This document shows, piece by piece, positions 28,910-33,998 of a stretch of DNA of 33,998 bases (position 1 is its first letter; every line of letters starts with the position of its first letter). A model generated the notes under the pieces. The model made no database searches, had not been told where the DNA came from, and worked only from the letters and a program-made list of their open reading frames with translations. The stretch is from Mariprofundus sp. (GTDB lineage: Bacteria > Pseudomonadota > Zetaproteobacteria > Mariprofundales > Mariprofundaceae). The position numbers and the translations under genes are program-made. The stretch is taken from positions 1 to 33,998 of the forward strand of contig JAJFLF010000038.1 of NCBI GenBank assembly GCA_021772845.1. The letters are read 5' to 3'.

Positions 28910-29593
28910 TCAGTGTGCAACACTATGATCAGGCTTCCAATCGATTGGAGGAAGACGTTTCACAGCAATAATAACGGCAACACAGAAGCCAAAGAACCAC
29001 CAGATCGCAGCCTCATAACCTTTATCCCACCATGGCTGTTTCTTTTCACGGGTACCATCAGCTTTGTAGACACCTTCAAAGTTAGCCAACACAATATCCG
29101 CACCAATGATTGTGTACTCTTCTAGATCAACTCCTGGCTGCTGCTGCAACTCAACTAGCTGATCTTCCATAATACGCAGGTCACTCATAGTGATCGGGTG
29201 CTGTGTGCGTTGAAATTCATACTTGGACGGGAACTCAGCCAATGCTTTTTCAATCATTGCCATTGCTCTTTCATCAGCTTCTTTCGAAGTTAATGTAGTA
29301 TCATTCAAGACACGCTGTACAGGATCAGATTTATAAACCCCGATGTAATCAGCATAGATTGCTGCAGTAGCTCTCTGACCAAACAGAGGGAACGTCCAAG
29401 CCATCGCTGTCAAGAAGGTCAGAAGCAACAAACCAACAACCGGGCGTGGAAGAGGATTATTATTTTCTGCAATCCCACCCAAACTTTCATTTTCCCAGAT
29501 GTGTTTCGCATCTTCAATCATCTTGTCATCAGACATAGTCTTAAGTGGACTACCAAGCTTCAAGCCATCAAATAATGGTAAATATTTAGACAT
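28910..29593 (-). CDS. Heme-less two-TM subunit with a CcoP/FixP N-terminal-like motif
   Basis: HIWE..GGIAENNNPLPR plus TM helix resembles the CcoP H.WDGIEExDNPLPRWW motif; no CxxCH; follows ccoO. Confidence 0.78.
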   Translation of the reverse strand: MSKYLPLFDGLKLGSPLKTMSDDKMIEDAKHIWENESLGGIAENNNPLPRPVVGLLLLTFLTAMAWTFPLFGQRATAAIYADYIGVYKSDPVQRVLNDTTLTSKEADERAMAMIEKALAEFPSKYEFQRTQHPITMSDLRIMEDQLVELQQQPGVDLEEYTIIGADIVLANFEGVYKADGTREKKQPWWDKGYEAAIWWFFGFCVAVIIAVKRLPPIDWKPDHSVAH

Positions 29594-29606
29594 CTCTATC
29601 CCCCTC

Positions 29607-30551
29607 TTATTTCAAGTTCATTACGAAATCCATCAAATAACGGATTTCGGAATCATCTGCGTATTCAGGAACTTCTGGTGGATAAACACTTTCACCATCA
29701 CGGTATGCTACAAACTCTTCATCCCATTTAGCCAGATCAATATCGTTACCGGCTTTGTCTTTAGGGCCCCACAGGTAATCATAACGCGGCATGATTGAAT
29801 GTGGCTGAACCAGACGTGGGTTAAAGAAGTGCAATGTCATCCATTCAACAGATGAGTTGCGTGAAGCTACGTGCAATAGATCCGGTGCTTTACGGTCAGA
29901 ACCAAACGTAGTTGGAGACTCACCATTGAAATCACCTAGAACTGGAGGTCGACCAAATGACTGCCAGTCATGTGTCTGCTCAGGCAGTAGTGTATGACAC
30001 CACCAGCAACCCTCACGAACGAACATTGTTTTACCAGCACCCGCAAGGATGGTTTCAGATGCCGCATTCAATGTTGCATCAACACCCCAGCCACGTGTAG
30101 CTGTTGCAAATTCAACATAAGGTGTTTCAACACCATTTGTCACTTTAGAGCTCACAAGGAAAACACCACCAGTAGCTTCTGCTGCCTGGTCCATTTTACC
30201 CATAGAAACACTCAACGCCTGAACTTTTTCGCCCAGGATGTTGTCATGCTTCAAGCCACTTGGAAAAGATGTTCCCGCTGTAAACACATATGCTGCAGTT
30301 TCGTCCATCTTAGCGCCTGTAACCGGATTCTTTTTCAAGATCACTTTTACAGGTTTATCAGCTCCATGCAGGAACAGATCGCCGTAGGTAAACCCACTAT
30401 TCCTACCATAGGTTAACTGTTTTTCTAATGCTGTAGCAGTAGATGATACACCTGAAATATCTAAACTAGGCATATACATTGTAATTACCATGGATGACGA
30501 CAACGCCACACCAAAAAGAATCGATCCAACTCGGTACTCTCGGAATCCCAT
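29607..30551 (-). CDS. ccoO: cbb3-type oxidase monoheme subunit II with a long insertion
   Basis: GKTMFVREGCWWCH, GSDRKAPDL, HFFNPRLVQPHSIMPRYDYL; GGAGGAG RBS. Confidence 0.9.
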   Translation of the reverse strand: MGFREYRVGSILFGVALSSSMVITMYMPSLDISGVSSTATALEKQLTYGRNSGFTYGDLFLHGADKPVKVILKKNPVTGAKMDETAAYVFTAGTSFPSGLKHDNILGEKVQALSVSMGKMDQAAEATGGVFLVSSKVTNGVETPYVEFATATRGWGVDATLNAASETILAGAGKTMFVREGCWWCHTLLPEQTHDWQSFGRPPVLGDFNGESPTTFGSDRKAPDLLHVASRNSSVEWMTLHFFNPRLVQPHSIMPRYDYLWGPKDKAGNDIDLAKWDEEFVAYRDGESVYPPEVPEYADDSEIRYLMDFVMNLK

Positions 30552-30591
30552 TCTAACTCCTCCCTATATTATTTAAATTCTGTATAAATAA

Positions 30592-30613
30592 CTGGAGCCC
30601 GCGAGGGCTCCAG
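30592..30613 (-). other. Intercistronic GC-rich hairpin between ccoN and ccoO
   Basis: CTGGAGCCC-TCGC-GGGCTCCAG followed by TTATTTAT on the minus strand. Confidence 0.75.
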
Positions 30614-30624
30614 CCCTATCTATC

Positions 30625-32031
30625 TTAACGTGCGTACGCGATATCCTGTGGCTGTAGACCTTCAGGTAGTTTTTCACCTACTTTCACAGTCATGTACATA
30701 TTGTACAACCATACGAAGTTACCTAGGAATACCATTGTACCACCCAACCATCTTACGATCATGTAAGGATGCTCAGCAATCACGATGTCCATGTATGGAA
30801 CTTCGTAGATCTTACCAGCGCCCTGAATCAGACCAGCGATAGTCATAGATACCCAGTACAAAGAGAAGCCGATCAACAACATCCAGAAGTGGAAGTTAGC
30901 CAAGCTCAATGAATACAGCTTACGACGTGCGATTGTCTGAATACCGTAGTAGACAGCAGCCGCTTCCGCGAACGTTGAGAAACCAAGCAATGCCAAGTGA
31001 GCATGTGCAACGATCCAACCAGTACCATGTACATACCAGTTAATTGCACGTGTCTGCTGGAAACCACCCTGCATATTCAATGGGGTTGCCAACAACACAC
31101 CAGTAATTGTGTATTTGATTTCAACGTTTTCAACAAACATTGCCCATTTACCCTGCATAGTCAGAAGAATGTTACATACGTATGCAACAGCTGGAACCAG
31201 AATCAATACACCTTCAACAGATGCGAATGATTTTAGCCATTCTGGCAGTGGAGAACTCATCAGGTGATGTGCAGCTGGAGTTGAGTAGAACACAACGATT
31301 GACCAGAAGTGCAAGTGACCAACACGATGTGAATAGAGTGGGTTACCCGTTACTTTAGGAACAATGTAGTATGTGATCGCTGCAGCAACTGGAGTAATCA
31401 ATAGACCCAGTACGTTATGTGCGAACCACCATGTCATGTACGCTTCGTTCAAACCGGTTAAGTGGAAGAACTCAGGTGCATTACCGATCAGGAACACAAT
31501 GATAAGCATGAAGAACGAGCCGGCGAAGAACCAGTTCGTTGTATAAATACCCTGTGTACGACGAGTAACGATAGACATGAAGATGTTAATGAACAGTGGC
31601 AACACCATCGCCAATGCAATGAACAAATCGATTGGCCAGATGAAGTCAGAATACTCACGACCTGAAGTCATACCGAACCATAGTGTAGCCAAACCAAGAG
31701 CAAGGCCGACGTTCCACAACATACAGTTCCAGACACCGAGCTTCTCAGACCACAACTTAGTGTTACCCAACTGTGGAACAACATACATCGCTGATGCAGC
31801 AAACGCACCTACGATCCAACCAAAAATTACAGCGTGAACATGCACCTGGCGCATGTGGCCAAACTGTAGAGCGTACAAATGTGTGAACCAATCCGGGAAC
31901 GCTAATTTAGCTGCGTTGAATGAACCGATCCCCGTACCAATAATAAACCACATAATCGCCGAAAAACTGAAGAAGATTGCTGCAGTACCGCCAGGAATAT
32001 CCTTCTCTTTCGCAAACAGATATTTAATCAT
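30625..32031 (-). CDS. ccoN: cbb3-type (C-family) heme-copper oxidase catalytic subunit I, divergent
   Basis: FGHMRQVHVHAVIFGW, REYSDF, WWFAHNVLG, HFWSIVVFYSTPAAHHL (C-family Tyr plus HH), WIVAHAHLALLG. Confidence 0.93.
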   Translation of the reverse strand: MIKYLFAKEKDIPGGTAAIFFSFSAIMWFIIGTGIGSFNAAKLAFPDWFTHLYALQFGHMRQVHVHAVIFGWIVGAFAASAMYVVPQLGNTKLWSEKLGVWNCMLWNVGLALGLATLWFGMTSGREYSDFIWPIDLFIALAMVLPLFINIFMSIVTRRTQGIYTTNWFFAGSFFMLIIVFLIGNAPEFFHLTGLNEAYMTWWFAHNVLGLLITPVAAAITYYIVPKVTGNPLYSHRVGHLHFWSIVVFYSTPAAHHLMSSPLPEWLKSFASVEGVLILVPAVAYVCNILLTMQGKWAMFVENVEIKYTITGVLLATPLNMQGGFQQTRAINWYVHGTGWIVAHAHLALLGFSTFAEAAAVYYGIQTIARRKLYSLSLANFHFWMLLIGFSLYWVSMTIAGLIQGAGKIYEVPYMDIVIAEHPYMIVRWLGGTMVFLGNFVWLYNMYMTVKVGEKLPEGLQPQDIAYAR

Positions 32032-32082
32032 GTATTTCCCCTTTTAATATACTTGAAGCTTTAAAACTAATTACAACTGAGA

Positions 32083-32190
32083 TCAATCATCATGCTCTTC
32101 GTCATGCTGACCTGGCATTAACAAATACCATGCAAACCACATGCTTGAGAACGCCAATATAATACCCAATACTGATGCAAAACCAGCCAT
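32083..32190 (-). CDS. 35-aa single-TM protein with His/acidic tail (absent from ORF track)
   Basis: GGGAGAG RBS; MAGFASVLGIILAFSSMWFAWYLLMPGQHDEEHDD; directly upstream of ccoN. Confidence 0.8.
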   Translation of the reverse strand: MAGFASVLGIILAFSSMWFAWYLLMPGQHDEEHDD

Positions 32191-32218
32191 ATTACTCTCC
32201 CTAACCTAGATTTATTTA

Positions 32219-32482
32219 TTAATCTTTCTGATAGCCTTCGTTAACCGCATGCAATTTAAGCGCTGTTGCAAGAATCCAAACGAATCCAAGACCAAACACA
32301 ATCATTACCCAGTTGCCGAAACCTTCAAATGTGAACGGCGAATACGCATCCGAACCCCATAAACCAGCCTCAGGAAACGGTCCGCGACCCACTGCCAATT
32401 GAGTGGCAATGGTAAATACAGAGCCATTACCCATTCCAGTAACGAAACCAGCAACGATTATTAACCATATTGAATTTTTCAT
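32219..32482 (-). CDS. 87-aa membrane protein, first gene of the oxidase operon
   Basis: GGGAGAGG RBS; two hydrophobic segments flanking a Gly/Pro-rich loop. Confidence 0.8.
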   Translation of the reverse strand: MKNSIWLIIVAGFVTGMGNGSVFTIATQLAVGRGPFPEAGLWGSDAYSPFTFEGFGNWVMIVFGLGFVWILATALKLHAVNEGYQKD

Positions 32483-32528
32483 GCCCTCTCCCTATTAAGA
32501 AAATATGAATTTTTTTTAACACTTCGAA

Positions 32529-32556
32529 ACCTTATTGTCTTTCGACACGCTGTCAA
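32529..32556 (-). promoter_or_regulatory. Putative sigma-70 promoter of the oxidase operon
   Basis: Minus strand TTGACA-N16-TAAGGT, 46 nt upstream of the first ATG. Confidence 0.6.
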
Positions 32557-32624
32557 GCCCATAAATGGATCATGGTTTCTTTTATCGCTATTGCCAGTTC
32601 GTCAAATTTGTTCATGATTCAGCC

Positions 32625-32819
32625 ATGCGTGAAATACTTATTTATGGCATCAGTGGATGCGCTTCTCTCTTTATTCTGGGCTACACCGTACACATCTTCA
32701 TTGGCGGCTTGGTTGACGAGCAAACAGAACTTATCAGCATCATTGTCGCAGTCTGCCTGGGTGCACTGCTTGTAGGCTGGATGGCCTGGGACATCTTAAG
32801 AAGTCGACGCCTTAAATAG
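32625..32819 (+). CDS. Small two-TM hypothetical protein, divergently transcribed
   Basis: MREILIYG..GYTVHIFIGGLV..WMAWDILRSRR; start at ATG 32625 preferred over 32565; followed by a bidirectional terminator. Confidence 0.7.
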   Translation: MREILIYGISGCASLFILGYTVHIFIGGLVDEQTELISIIVAVCLGALLVGWMAWDILRSRRLK

Positions 32820-32880
32820 AACCTGGATCCGGCAAGCGCCTGTGTCTGCAGAGTGTTAATAATTGGTTTAAAAACTGCAT

Positions 32881-32924
32881 AAAAAAAACACGCAGCACCT
32901 TATTTAGTGCTGCGTGTTTTTTTT
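32881..32924. terminator. Bidirectional intrinsic terminator
   Basis: A8-CACGCAGCAC-N8-GTGCTGCGTG-T8 between convergent genes. Confidence 0.92.
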
Positions 32925-32988
32925 AATAGCTGAGATGAATCAAACAGTTGCGCCATGCATATAAAACACTAGCACGACCCATGTATAA

Positions 32989-33459
32989 TTATTTATAGAA
33001 CTCCAGAGCCTTGCTCACAGCAGCATAATCTTCCGGAGTAAACTGCCCCTTATGAAACACATACTGCTGCTTTGCACCAGCATCATCCACACCAGTCAAA
33101 CCAAATGACTTACCTGCCTTATCAGAAAAGTAGCGTAGATTTTTCATCAACAGGCGACGCTTACCATTTTTAAGACGGAACGTAATTTGCTCTTTACGCA
33201 CATCCAGGGCCACCGGCACAGAAGGCAACAACAGCAAGCGACGGAAAATACGTCCACCACCAACCAGCAGGAAAAAGAAACCAAGGAACATCAAACCCTG
33301 GCCCATCCACTGATCGTCAGTCCCATACCAAACTTTCAAACCCCACAGAATCAGGAATAATACAGTCGGCACATAGAGTAAGAGGTCCCAGAAGATACCA
33401 GTCTTGTCGGGATGCAACTCACATGTAACTTCTCTCCACGACTTAGCCATCCTTGCCAT
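32989..33459 (-). CDS. Two-TM protein with soluble C-terminal domain, hypothetical
   Basis: 156 aa; GGGAG RBS; overlaps the upstream thioredoxin-like gene. Confidence 0.8.
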   Translation of the reverse strand: MARMAKSWREVTCELHPDKTGIFWDLLLYVPTVLFLILWGLKVWYGTDDQWMGQGLMFLGFFFLLVGGGRIFRRLLLLPSVPVALDVRKEQITFRLKNGKRRLLMKNLRYFSDKAGKSFGLTGVDDAGAKQQYVFHKGQFTPEDYAAVSKALEFYK

Positions 33460-33973
33460 CTCCCATCAGCCTCTTCAACACAGGCATCATTTCACTATAC
33501 AACATTCGACCCGGAGCAATGTGATGCACTTTGCCTTGACCATTAATCACAAACGTCCATGGCTCACCACGCACCTGAAAAGCATCATACGCCTCTGGAT
33601 TATAATATTGATCCATGTGCAGGAAGATTATCTGCTCTTCATACGTCTCCATCACCACTTTCAACATCTGTAACTGCTGATCACATTGCGTACAATGACC
33701 CGGCGTTGCAAACTCCATGATGATTGGCTTGCCTGTTTTCAACGCATCATCAAAAGATAACTGATACATACGAGGATCAGGATAACGATAACTGGTGATT
33801 TTGGACATATCACCACCAACATCAGCCAGTGTTTTTGTCCTTAGCGAAGGTACTTCCTGCCCAACAGTAAACACGCCGCCGCCACCAACACTAAAATCCA
33901 TATCACACGCAGCTACTAACAACAGAGGTGACATCAATAGCAGCAGGGCCAACCTTCTTAGATGAGACATCAT
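33443..33973 (-). CDS. Thioredoxin-fold lipoprotein
   Basis: Lipobox LVAA-C, GKPIIMEFATPGHCTQC (CxxC), cis-Pro motif GEPWTF. Confidence 0.85.
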   Translation of the reverse strand: MMSHLRRLALLLLMSPLLLVAACDMDFSVGGGGVFTVGQEVPSLRTKTLADVGGDMSKITSYRYPDPRMYQLSFDDALKTGKPIIMEFATPGHCTQCDQQLQMLKVVMETYEEQIIFLHMDQYYNPEAYDAFQVRGEPWTFVINGQGKVHHIAPGRMLYSEMMPVLKRLMGDGKDG

Positions 33974-33998
33974 TACCCTTTATCCCTATTTTTACAGG

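Noticed and set aside
30625-32031. Alternative call as a nitric oxide reductase (NorB)
   Set aside because: Retains the C-family Tyr and HN motif, lacks the NorB HLWVE glutamate, and is followed by a CcoO-type gene
32541-32556. FNR-like box (TTGAC-N5-GTCGA) upstream of the oxidase operon
   Set aside because: Spacer is 5 nt rather than 4 and the half-sites mismatch TTGAT-N4-ATCAA; better explained as a -35 element
1-33998. CRISPR arrays, IS elements, prophage, tRNA or rRNA genes
   Set aside because: None seen; the window is gene-dense with no spaced repeats, transposase or integrase motifs

Overview
Bacterial chromosomal window with three blocks. The protein sequences and gene content suggest a Zetaproteobacterium (Mariprofundus-like iron oxidiser); this is inference from recalled similarity, not a search. 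Block 1 (1-12958, +) is the conserved tsf-pyrH-frr-uppS-cdsA-dxr-rseP-bamA-skp-lpxD-fabZ-lpxA-lpxI-lpxB run. Block 2 (12982-19837, -) is a polar flagellar operon: flhB-flhA-flhF-flhG-small ORF-fliA-FipA/DUF2802-like gene, behind a sigma54-type promoter. Block 3 (19923-33973, mostly -) is a ~14 kb atypical cbb3-type (C-family) heme-copper oxidase locus. Its core unit holds a divergent CcoN, a CcoO with a long insertion, a heme-less CcoP-N-like subunit and three small membrane proteins, two of them missing from the ORF track. The accessory arm encodes CcoS- and CcoG-like proteins, three more monoheme cytochromes c, a Cys-less FGE-fold protein, a bis-His membrane protein, a multi-TM/spermidine-synthase-like SAM enzyme and a miniature paralog of the CcoP-like subunit. 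No RNA genes, mobile elements or CRISPR arrays were seen.
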